From: Gemmatimonadaceae bacterium
GTDB taxonomy: Bacteria > Gemmatimonadota > Gemmatimonadetes > Gemmatimonadales > Gemmatimonadaceae
Length of the DNA: 36,762 nt
Direction: 5' to 3'
NCBI GenBank assembly: GCA_044224875.1
Contig: JBGAJQ010000054.1
Coordinates: 1 to 36,762, forward strand
Below, piece by piece: positions 19,434-28,348 of the stretch. Position 1 is the first letter of the stretch, and each line of letters opens with the position of its first letter. The position numbers and the translations under genes are program-made. A model generated the notes under the pieces. The model worked only from the letters and a program-made list of their open reading frames with translations. It was not told the origin of the DNA and did not search any database.

Positions 19434-19853
19434 TCACACTCCCATCGCCTTCAGCAGGACCCGCTTGGGCCGCTGACCGTCCCATTCGCCGTAGAACACC
19501 CGCTGCCACGGGCCAAAATCCAGCCGCCCCTCGGTGACCGGGACGATGACCTCGTGCCCCACAGTCAGGGACCGAAGGTGGGCAGCCGCGTTGTCCTCGC
19601 CGGTCTCGTTATGTGCGTACTGGCCAGGATTCCACGGTGCGATTCGTGTCTCCAGCCACGCGAGAATGTCCTGCCAGAGCCCGGATTCGTGGTCGTTCAC
19701 GAAGACAGACGCGGAAATGTGCATGGCCGAGACCAGCACAAACCCCTCCCGGATCGCCGCCGCGGCGCGGCATCGCTCGACCTCGTCCGTGATGTCGATG
19801 ATGTCCTGACGTTTCTGCGTGTTGAAGGTGAGGTAGGCGGTGTGTGTCTTCAT
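19434..19853 (-). CDS. yjbQ: YjbQ/UPF0047 family protein
   Basis: DITDEV, MHISASV.VN, Y.HN.TGEDNA.AHLRS, LDFGPWQ.VFY.EWDG.R. Confidence 0.92.
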   Translation of the reverse strand: MKTHTAYLTFNTQKRQDIIDITDEVERCRAAAAIREGFVLVSAMHISASVFVNDHESGLWQDILAWLETRIAPWNPGQYAHNETGEDNAAAHLRSLTVGHEVIVPVTEGRLDFGPWQRVFYGEWDGQRPKRVLLKAMGV

Positions 19854-19993
19854 GGGTCCTTTTCAAGTGAGAATGGCGCTGTGGAGGCGGGCTTTCCACG
19901 GGGCCTGATGACCCGGTGGACTGTTCGGAAGCAGCGACGCGGGCCAACTTTCGCCGAAACTTCCCCGGCGTCAAACCACGTACTTCCTTCGGC

Positions 19994-21214
19994 GTGAAGC
20001 AGCTCCGGTTTCGGACGCGTCTCCTCCTCATTTTGTCGCTGTTCGCGATCGTGCCGTCCTTGGCGGTCACGATGGGGTGGGCCGTCTTTGTGAGCCGCGC
20101 CGCCAAAGTCGTCGCGGGGAACGCGGCATGGGATCGACTCGCTACCACAGGTTCGCAGGCAATCGACGCCATGAAGTCGGCGGCTGTGTCGGAGCAACAG
20201 AAGCGCGCCATCCGCGCTCACGAGCGTGAACTCGAGCAATCGATCACGCAAAGCCGCCGCCTGGGCTTTGTGGCGAAGCGATCCGCGCCACCCATCCTGC
20301 TCGGTGCCTTGGCTGCGCTGCTCATCCTCGGGTTTCTCGCCTCTCGCGTCGCGGGGCACCTCAGCCGTCAGCTCAGCCGGCCGCTCAACGAATTGGTCGG
20401 ATGGGCCGAATTGATCGAAAAGGCGGAGCCTCTGCCGGCAGCAAACGCCGCCCGCGGGGCACCGGAGTTCCAAGTGCTCCGCGAACGCATGCGCTCGATG
20501 TCGCAGGCGCTGGCCGTTGGTCGGTCCCGCGCCATGGAGGCTGAGCGTCTGCGGGCCTATCGCGAGAGCGCTCGGCGCGTTGCGCACGAACTGAAGAACC
20601 CGCTGACGCCAATTCAATTCGCCATCGCTCGGCTGAAGCAGGGGGCGCCGGCGGAACTCTCAGATGCAGTGCAGGTGCTGGAAGTGGAAACGTCACGGTT
20701 GCAGGAGTTGGCGCGCTCATTTTCCCAATTCGGTCGTCTTCCCGAAGGTCCACCGTCGGATATCGACATGGGAGAACTTGTGCGCTACGCGAGTCGCGCC
20801 TCGATTCCACCGGGGATCGAGTCCGAGGTTCACGTTGACGACGAACTCCCGATGGTGCGCGGACATTACGACGCCCTCCAGCGTGTGATGTCCAACATCT
20901 TGTTGAACGCGGTTGATGCCTGCGGCGGCGCGGGCAGTGTACACGTGTCTGCGTGTCGCGCCACCGTACAGGGCGTCGAGGGAGTCGAGGTGGCGGTTCG
21001 CGACAGCGGGTGTGGTATTCCGGTGGAGCAGCTCTCGCGAATCTGGGAGCCGTACGTGACGAGCAAGCCCGGAGGCACGGGGTTGGGCCTGGCTATCGCA
21101 CACCAGACGATCCTGGCCCATCATGGACGTGTGGAAGCAGAATCGCAGGTGGGCAAGGGGACGGTTATTCGCTTTGCCTTACCGACAACCGGAGCTGAAA
21201 CGTTAGGCGCCTGA
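19994..21214 (+). CDS. Membrane sensor histidine kinase, NtrY-like (2 TM, HAMP, HisKA, HATPase)
   Basis: ARRVAHELKNPLTPIQ (NtrY-type H box), NILLNA, DSGCGI, PYVTSK.GGTGLGL. Confidence 0.9.
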   Translation: MKQLRFRTRLLLILSLFAIVPSLAVTMGWAVFVSRAAKVVAGNAAWDRLATTGSQAIDAMKSAAVSEQQKRAIRAHERELEQSITQSRRLGFVAKRSAPPILLGALAALLILGFLASRVAGHLSRQLSRPLNELVGWAELIEKAEPLPAANAARGAPEFQVLRERMRSMSQALAVGRSRAMEAERLRAYRESARRVAHELKNPLTPIQFAIARLKQGAPAELSDAVQVLEVETSRLQELARSFSQFGRLPEGPPSDIDMGELVRYASRASIPPGIESEVHVDDELPMVRGHYDALQRVMSNILLNAVDACGGAGSVHVSACRATVQGVEGVEVAVRDSGCGIPVEQLSRIWEPYVTSKPGGTGLGLAIAHQTILAHHGRVEAESQVGKGTVIRFALPTTGAETLGA

Positions 21215-21223
21215 GGCCGAGCC

Positions 21224-21493
21224 ATGAATCCTTTTGCCGTACCGATTGCGCTGTTCGTCTCCGTCGCCTTCACCGTGGTTGGCGTGTCCTTTGCGCGCGT
21301 CCTGGCGCGACGCATCGACGCCAAGGCCGGACGGGGGAATGCGGAGGTCATCGAGCGGCTGGAGCGGATGGAGCAGGCCATTGATGCCATCGCGATCGAG
21401 GTAGAGCGCGTGTCCGAGGCGCAGCGCTTTACCACGAAGCTATTGTCTGAGAAGAGTGAAGCGGCCGGCAGGCTGGGCGCAGGGCAGCGATGA
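21224..21493 (+). CDS. Small single-TM coiled-coil protein, paralog 1
   Basis: N-terminal hydrophobic helix then ERLERMEQAIDAIAIEVERVSEAQRFTTKLL; GAGG RBS. Confidence 0.85.
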   Translation: MNPFAVPIALFVSVAFTVVGVSFARVLARRIDAKAGRGNAEVIERLERMEQAIDAIAIEVERVSEAQRFTTKLLSEKSEAAGRLGAGQR

Positions 21494-21558
21494 CCCACAA
21501 TGGTCTGGCGATTACACGGCCGAAAATCGGCACCTAACGAACGGAGACACAGAGTCCA

Positions 21559-21858
21559 ATGGCACTCGTGAGTGGAGGCGACGTCGCCATCGTCGCGATC
21601 ATCTTCGGGTCACTGAGCGGAACGGTGATCTCGCTCGCCAGAATGCGCGCCGCGCGACTCTCGGCGCAGGGTCGTCCGTCGCTGATGGGGGCGCAGGTCG
21701 AGGAGCGACTGCAGCGCATCGAGCAAGCCGTGGACGCCATCGCCATCGAGGTCGAGCGGATGTCCGAGTCGCAACGATTTGTCACCAAGGTCCTCGCCGA
21801 AAGGCTCCCCGCCCCAAGCATCGCCGCCCTGCCATCGCGCGCGGAACAATCCTCATGA
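21559..21858 (+). CDS. Small single-TM coiled-coil protein, paralog 2
   Basis: TM helix then ERLQRIEQAVDAIAIEVERMSESQRFVTKVL; GGAG upstream. Confidence 0.85.
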   Translation: MALVSGGDVAIVAIIFGSLSGTVISLARMRAARLSAQGRPSLMGAQVEERLQRIEQAVDAIAIEVERMSESQRFVTKVLAERLPAPSIAALPSRAEQSS

Positions 21859-22601
21859 CGCCGAGTCTTCCGATGACCTACGCACCGCAGCAAAACCTTT
21901 CGAAAGACGAGCTCCGAGCGCAGATCCAGAACGGCGTTCGAGACGCGGTGCGCCAGGCGCGTGACGCCGCGCGTGACGCCGCGCAGGCCGGACAGCCGCC
22001 GGTGATCGCCGACGGCCTCGCCCAAGCGCCACAGTCGGTCCTTACCGCGCTGAACGCGCAGATGCAAGCAGAACGGCTGACGATCGAAAAGCTCACGCAG
22101 GAACTGACGCCGGGTCAATCGCAGGCACGAGTGGACGCGATCAACCAGCAGATCGATGACGCACGCGAGCGCCTGCAGACGCTCCAGGCGCAATACGACC
22201 GAGCGGTCGGCGCGCCGGAGGCCACAACCATCGCGCTGCCGCCGCAATTCAACGAAGACATCCCTCGTCAGGTCGTCCCACTCGTCGGCATGGTCATGTC
22301 CTCGCTGGTGCTGATTGCCATCGGCTGGCCACTGGCGCGTGCCTGGGCGCGGCGCATGGATCGCAAGACGGTTGCCGCGCCGGCGGCTCCGGACCTCGCG
22401 CCTCGCTTCGACCGCATCGAACAGGCGATCGAGGCCATGGCGATCGAGGTGGAGCGCATCTCTGAGGGCCAGCGGTACACGACCAAGCTCATGTCCGAAA
22501 TGCGTGCCCTGCCTCTCCCCAACCTTGAACGAGTTCAAGGAGACGTGCACAGCGTACCGGAGCCCGTGCGCGAAGGGCAAGCCCTGATTACTCAGCGTTA
22601 G
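21855..22601 (+). CDS. Single-TM coiled-coil protein, paralog 3, with a long N-terminal Gln/Ala-rich coiled coil
   Basis: ATGA overlap with paralog 2; TM (VVPLVGMVMSSLVLIAIGWPLA) then RFDRIEQAIEAMAIEVERISEGQRYTTKLM. Confidence 0.85.
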   Translation: MTPSLPMTYAPQQNLSKDELRAQIQNGVRDAVRQARDAARDAAQAGQPPVIADGLAQAPQSVLTALNAQMQAERLTIEKLTQELTPGQSQARVDAINQQIDDARERLQTLQAQYDRAVGAPEATTIALPPQFNEDIPRQVVPLVGMVMSSLVLIAIGWPLARAWARRMDRKTVAAPAAPDLAPRFDRIEQAIEAMAIEVERISEGQRYTTKLMSEMRALPLPNLERVQGDVHSVPEPVREGQALITQR

Positions 22602-22603
22602 GC

Positions 22604-24005
22604 ATGCCGAGCGTCCTGATCGTCGACGACGAACCCAACATCCGCCGGATGGTGGAGCGCACTGCTGGCCAACGAAGGTACGACTTGCGCGAGGCCACCA
22701 ACGGCGCCGAAGGCGCACCCTCGCAGTCGAGCTGCGACCCGGACGTGGCGCTGGTGGACCTGATGATGCCCGGGAACATGGACGGCCTCGCGTCTCTCGC
22801 GCGCTCCGTCAACGCCTCCCGGACTTGCCGGTCGTGATGATGAGTGGTCGCGCGGGCCTGAGCGACGCGGTGCGTGCGACGAAACTCGGTGCCTATCACT
22901 TCCTCGAAAAGCCGTTGACCCCGGAGGGCGTGCTCCTGGCGCTGAGCGGAGCCCTTGAGCTGCGCCGTGCCCGGAAGGAAGCCCAGGCGCTGCGCGAGGA
23001 TCTCGGCCTGGCCGGGGAGATGATTGGAGAAAGCGCCGCCATGCAGCGCGTCCTCGACTTCATCGCCCGAATCGCCCCGAGCGATGCTCGCGTCCTCATC
23101 ACCGGAGAATCGGGAACCGGAAAGGAGTTGGTGGCCGCTGCCCTGCACGCCGCGTCCCCTCGCCGGGATCAACCGTTCGTTCGCGGCGTGAATTGCGCGG
23201 CTATTCCGCGCGATCTGCTGGGGCGCGAAACGTTCGGGCATGAAGGGTAAAGCCACCGGGGGCGACGGAGCGGCGCATCGGCCGGTTTGAGCTGGCGAAC
23301 AAGGGGACGTTGTTGCTGGATGAAGTGGGCGACTTGGGGAGCGAAGCCCAGGCCAAGCTCCTGCGCGCCATTGAAGTGCGAGATCGAGCGCGTTGGCGGC
23401 GCAAAGCGATTCATCTGATGTGCGCATCGTCTCGGCAACCAACAAGGACCTGCCGCGTGCCACGCGCGAAGGCACGTTCCGCGAAGATCTGCTCTTCCGG
23501 CTGAACGTCATTCTCTCGAACGCCGTTGCGCGAGCGAGCGGACGACATTCCGCTGCTCGTCAGGCACTTCGCGGCCATGCATCGACTCAAGACCGGCCGG
23601 CCAAGTCCGCTGTGGTCCGACGCCGCCATGTCGCTGCTCGCCCGCCACCGCTGGCCAGGCAACGTGCGCGAACTCGCGAACATCATCGAACGACTAGCCA
23701 TCCTGCATCCCGGTGCTCCCGTCGGCCCGACCGAGGTGCGACAGGTGCTTGCCATCGACGATGCCGGGGCAATGCCCCCAACCAGCGCACTCCTTCCAGA
23801 CCCAACTGGACTCGATGCGCCGCTGAGCGAGATGCTGGACGACTACGAGCGGATTCTCGTACGCTGTCGGTTGCGCAGGGAAATGTCGCCGAGGCCGCTC
23901 GGCGTTTGCAGACCGACCGCCCGAACTTGTATCGCCGCATGCGCCGGCTGGGTCTGGCCGGCGACGGTTTCCAGTCCGGCCGGGGTAATCCGGACGGTCG
24001 AGTGA
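22604..24005 (+). CDS. Sigma54-dependent response regulator (NtrC/NtrX family; REC-AAA+-Fis HTH), multiply frameshifted; end approximate
   Basis: Pieces across frames: LIVDDEPNIRR, DLMMPG, MMSG, FLEKP, ITGESGTGKELVA, NCAAIP, LLDEVGD, DVRIVSATNKDL, FREDLLFRLNV, WPGNVREL.N, GNVAEAARRL...NLYRRM. Confidence 0.85.
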
Positions 24006-24113
24006 CCTGGCCATGCCGAAAGGCAGCGGTCGTGTTGTTGCCGGCGTGGCAACCCACCAATGTTCAGCACTCGTGGACCCTACGTGGGAGATTGTCGCGT
24101 AACAGGAGTGAAG

Positions 24114-25867
24114 ATGCATCGGCTATCAGCAATCGTAGTCGGCTGTGTTGGTCTGCAACTGGCGGCCTGTGCGGGCGCAGGAGACGGCGCGACCCAAGGT
24201 CGTGAGGTCGTCCGCATCACGGACGCCGCCGGGTTGCCCGGCCCCTTGGTCGACGATGTGTTGCGTGTGGTGAATGATCCCGCGACGCTCCGCTCCTTTG
24301 GGAATCTCAACATCGAAGCCGCGACAGGTCAGCGGCGACGTCGCCGTGCTCGGCGGGAATGTGAGCATCGCGGGTCACGTACGCGGACGCGTGATCACCG
24401 TGAATGGCGATGTGCTGCTGCATCAAGGGGCGGATCGACGGCAACCTGCTGGTGATTGGAGGGCGCCTGGTCGGTCGCGACGTTGCAACTGTCGGTGGCG
24501 ACGTACAGGAGTTTGCCGATCGGACTTACGTATACGCTTCGATCCGATTCGACAGCTGTCAGCCAACACCGGCCGGAGACTAATCGGATGAACGCTGGTG
24601 GGCTCCTGCGGCAACGCTGGCGCAAGCGATCATGGAGCGACATACGGCTGGTATCGGCGCACACGTACAACCGCGTGGAGGGACTGCCCGTCCTGATCGG
24701 CCCGGCGTTTCGCGCGACGTCGTTGCGTCGCCTGACGGACCTGCTGGGCGTGGTCACAGCGGGTTCCTTCGAGAACGTCGGAGAACGCCCGGACACTGCA
24801 GAAGATGGAACTGCGCTTTGGACGCGACTATGGGGTGCGCGTCGGCGGCCATCTGCGCGACCTCGTCTCCCCAGTTGAAGGGTGGCAGATGTCCGAGGGC
24901 GAGATCGGCCTTGCGTCGTTTTTCTTGCGGACAGACTTCGCGGACTACTACAACGAGCACGGAGGCACGCTCTACGGCGGCCTGTACCTGGGGTGACCAC
25001 ACCGACGTGACGGTGTCGTACGCCGATGAACGGTGGAGTAGCCGCCGCGCCAAAAATCCCTTGAGCCTCCTGCACAACAACACGCCGTGGCGCGTGAATC
25101 CTGCCATGGACGACGGCACCTTTCACTTGTTGCAGGCGGCGGTTCGCTACGACACCGGAATGACCCGACGGATCCCTGGACGGGGTGGCCTCGTCCGGGA
25201 CACCTATGAGTTCGACGCGGGACGATCTCTCGCAGTACGGGCGACGTCAGTCGGCGCTCGACAGACGGACCTCAACGGGCAAACCATAATGACCGTGCCT
25301 GCCGATGTCCGCCGATGCCAATCGCGTATCACCGGAAGGCCAGCCAGACCTTCGCGCGGTCGTCCTCGGTGGCTGGTTGAGCAGGACGACCTGCCCCTGC
25401 AGCGCGCCGCTATTTCCGTCGGCGGACCCAGCACGCTGCCAGGATATGATTTTTCCGCCGTGTGCGCAGCGACACCGACTTCCTGCAATGCTCCGACTTA
25501 TCCAGCGCCATCGACGGCCAGCCGGGCTGCGATGCGCGCAGATCGCCATGGGGCAGATCGAGCATCGCGCCGAGTTGGGGATCGATCCGTGGGGGATGGG
25601 GGGCGGCGAGCGCGCCCAGCGCCGGCCGGGATGGGGGCTGTCCCGAATGGGTGGCGTTTGCCGACGCCGGGCGCGGCTGGTTGGTGGGCGACCGGCGCGG
25701 CGACCTTCTATCCGGCGAACCGACTACCACCGTTAGCACCTTCCGCCGATCTTGGCGTGGGCATCAGTTCCTCGACGACCTCGAACTGTACCTCGCCAAG
25801 GGCGTGTCCCGAGCACGGCGGCCCGTGGAATTTCTTTGTTCGCGTGAAGCCCCGGTTCTGGGCGTGA
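24114..25867 (+). CDS. Exported protein with N-terminal bactofilin-like beta-helix and C-terminal outer-membrane beta-barrel (BamA/TamA-like), multiply frameshifted
   Basis: CAGGAG RBS and ATG 24114 with signal peptide; GDVAVLGGNVSIAGHVRGRVITVNGDVLL repeats; TYNRVEGLP, FFLRTDFADYY, SVGGPSTLPGYDF, C-terminal WNFFVRVKPRF. Confidence 0.6.
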
Positions 25868-26502
25868 CACGCCGGTTCTTCCTCACGCTTTCGTTCTGGT
25901 CGGCGCCATTGCTGGCGCAGGGGCGGCCGCGCCTCGACATCACCCTGCCGGCGCGGTACAACCTCACGACCGAAGGGCCGGCCGTGCACGTCCAACACGT
26001 GATTGCCGATGACGCCGTGCAGGAGCTGCTGAAGAACGGGTTTCCCGTTCAGTTGCGGTACCGCGTCGAACTCTGGTCATCTGGCGGTGTGTTCCACTCC
26101 ATGCGCCGATCGGTGGAGTGGGAGGTGATCGTGCGATACGATGCCCTCGCCGAGAACTTCCGCATTGCCCGGAAGCTTGGCGACCGGGTGACTCCTGTGG
26201 CGCAGTACGCGAAATACGCGGATGCGGTTGCGGAGGTGGAGCGTCCGTTCAAGGCGCCGATCACCGCGGTGCGTGATCGCGACCGACAGTACTATATCGC
26301 CACCGTGGAAGTGGAGACGCTGTCTTCCAACGACCTCGATGAGGTCGAGCGGTGGCTCAAGGGCGAAGCGCAGCCCGCCGTCCGGGGTGAGGGCAACCCG
26401 GGGACCGCGTTAGGTCGCGGTGTTCGCAAGCTCTTTGCCCGGCTGGTGGGCGGCGAACGACGCAACCTGCAAACGCGAAGCGGGACCTTCCGCGCGAACT
26501 AG
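25864..26502 (+). CDS. DUF4390-like exported protein
   Basis: GTG overlapping the upstream TGA; signal peptide ending LAQ; ELLKNGFPVQLRYRVELW...V.YD.L matches the DUF4390 pattern. Confidence 0.7.
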   Translation: MTRRFFLTLSFWSAPLLAQGRPRLDITLPARYNLTTEGPAVHVQHVIADDAVQELLKNGFPVQLRYRVELWSSGGVFHSMRRSVEWEVIVRYDALAENFRIARKLGDRVTPVAQYAKYADAVAEVERPFKAPITAVRDRDRQYYIATVEVETLSSNDLDEVERWLKGEAQPAVRGEGNPGTALGRGVRKLFARLVGGERRNLQTRSGTFRAN

Positions 26503-26511
26503 ACGCCGAAC

Positions 26512-26542
26512 GCGCGCGGTCCCCGCACCGGGAACCGCGCGC
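26512..26542. terminator. Hairpin between convergent genes (possible bidirectional terminator)
   Basis: GCGCGCGGT(C)CCC / GGG(A)ACCGCGCGC stem. Confidence 0.45.
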
Positions 26543-27144
26543 TATCCGTTGGCGTCCGCGTGCACTCGGCGCGAGTGCGTGCGAGCCTCGATCTCCTCCA
26601 GCTGGTGCAGTACGTCCGCGCCGTAGAACAGCCGGATGTATCGCGCCTGCGTCGGCGTGAGCCGGCGAACGGCCCAGCTGAGGTGAACGAAATGCGGCTC
26701 CACGGGAGCGTGCAGAGGATGCATCCCGATCTCGTTGGGAAGCCGGTTGGCCTTGCGCGTGTTGCAGCTGCTGCACGCCGTCACCACGTTCGTCCAGTCG
26801 TTCGTGCCACCGCGTGACAGCGGAATCAGGTGGTCGCGGGTGAGCGACTCGCGCGGCCGCAGGTCCAGCGACCCGCGTCCACAGTACTGGCAACGATACC
26901 GATCCCGGGCAAACAGGAAGGTGTTCGTGACCTGCCGGCGGAAGCGCCGGGGCACATGAATGAACTTGGTGAGCCGGATGACGACCGGGCGCGGAAACGC
27001 GAGTCGCTCGGAACGAACGACGCGGCTTCCGTCCGCCTCCACGATCTCTGCCTTCCCGTCAATGACGAGACGCAGGGCTCGCTTCAGCGGCACCATCGTC
27101 AGCGGCTCAAACGATGCATTCAGCGCCAGGCATCCTACCACCAC
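26542..27144 (-). CDS. HNH endonuclease (McrA/HNH_5-like, Zn-finger)
   Basis: LALNASFEPL, P.VIRL..F, LFARD.Y.CQYCG, LT.DHLIP.SRGG...W.NVVTAC..CN..K; GGAGG RBS before GTG. Confidence 0.9.
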   Translation of the reverse strand: MVVGCLALNASFEPLTMVPLKRALRLVIDGKAEIVEADGSRVVRSERLAFPRPVVIRLTKFIHVPRRFRRQVTNTFLFARDRYRCQYCGRGSLDLRPRESLTRDHLIPLSRGGTNDWTNVVTACSSCNTRKANRLPNEIGMHPLHAPVEPHFVHLSWAVRRLTPTQARYIRLFYGADVLHQLEEIEARTHSRRVHADANG

Positions 27145-27326
27145 GCTCACCTCCAGCCACCGGGTACAACAACTCCCGCCTCAGCGGAGCGCGGGAGGGA
27201 TCGATCGCGGATGGCAACACAACGCGGCGCAGCGGGAACGCGCGCACGACGTTACTGGGAAGCTATGGACCTGACCGCCTCGTATCAAGCGCGCGGCGTC
27301 ACACCCGACGCCGCGCACCTGCATCG

Positions 27327-28286
27327 TTATGCGCGCCCGGCGCCCGCGGCCACGGGAACGGCCGTCAGCCACCCGTGCCGGTCGGGAATCCGCCCCTGGG
27401 CAATACCCAGGTATTCCGCCTGAATCCATTTGGTGATCGGGCCCGGCGTGCCACCACCCACCGGAACGCGATCCACCGACCGGACCGGCGTCACCTCGGC
27501 GGCCGTGCCACAGAAGAACACCTCGTCCGCCACGTACAACATTTCCCGCGGAATGTTCTGCTCCCGCACTTCCAGCCCACGGTCCTCCGCCAACCGAACG
27601 ATCGTGGAGCGCGTGATTCCCTCGAGAATGCCCGCCGCCACCGGGGACGTGTACAAGACGTTGTCGCGAACGAGAAAGAGATTCATGCCCGTCCCTTCGG
27701 ACACAAAGCCGAAGGAATCCAGCACGATCGCTTCCTGGTACCCGTTCTGCCGCGCCTCTATGCCCGACAGCTGCGAGTTCAGGTAGTTCCCAGATGCCTT
27801 GGCCATGGTCGGGAAGGTGTCCGGCGCGGCCCTCCGCCAGCTCGAAACGCACGCATCGGCCCCCTCTTCCAGCGCGTGATGGCCGAGATACGGACCCTCC
27901 GATCGCCAACAGATGATGAAGGTCTCGACCGGCACACCCACCGGATAAAAACCCATCTGCTCCCCGGTCCGAATCACGAGCGGCCGGATGTAACAGCTCC
28001 GCAAATCGTTGGCGGCCACCGACTCCACGGTCGCCTGCACCAACTGCTCGAGGCTGTGCTCGATAGGCATGCGGTAGATCCGGCAGGAATCGAGCAACCG
28101 CTTCATGTGGTCCGCCAAGCGGAAGACGGCGCCTCCCTGCGGCGTCTCGTAGGCCCGGATCCCCTCAAATACGCCAGAACCGTAGTGCGCGACGTGGCTG
28201 ATTACGTGGATGTTGGCGTCATCCCAATTCACCAATTCGCCGTCACGCCAGATCTTGGCAACCCGGCCCGTCTTGCCCTTGGCCAT
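27327..28286 (-). CDS. ilvE: Branched-chain amino acid aminotransferase
   Basis: HYGSGVFEGIRAY, YIRPL, AKASGNYLNS, SEGTGMNLF, ILEGITR, DEVFFCGTAAEVTP. Confidence 0.95.
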   Translation of the reverse strand: MAKGKTGRVAKIWRDGELVNWDDANIHVISHVAHYGSGVFEGIRAYETPQGGAVFRLADHMKRLLDSCRIYRMPIEHSLEQLVQATVESVAANDLRSCYIRPLVIRTGEQMGFYPVGVPVETFIICWRSEGPYLGHHALEEGADACVSSWRRAAPDTFPTMAKASGNYLNSQLSGIEARQNGYQEAIVLDSFGFVSEGTGMNLFLVRDNVLYTSPVAAGILEGITRSTIVRLAEDRGLEVREQNIPREMLYVADEVFFCGTAAEVTPVRSVDRVPVGGGTPGPITKWIQAEYLGIAQGRIPDRHGWLTAVPVAAGAGRA

Positions 28287-28348
28287 GCGCGTCTCCGCTG
28301 AGTGGTCCTGAACGATAACCCGCGCGGAGGTGCGGGGACTACTGCCGA

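Noticed and set aside
21340..22500. Three similar DNA segments as a non-coding repeat or DGR template/variable repeats
   Set aside because: All three are in-frame coding, differences are mainly synonymous and not adenine-specific, and there is no reverse transcriptase
19860..24113. Sigma54 -24/-12 promoter within the kinase/regulator cluster
   Set aside because: By eye I found no TGGCAC-N5-TTGC-like site with correct spacing in the intergenic gaps
26542..27144. HNH nuclease as a defence system or homing/mobile element
   Set aside because: It matches the widespread stand-alone 'LNASxEPL' HNH family, sits in housekeeping context behind ilvE, and has no methylase, ATPase or intron nearby
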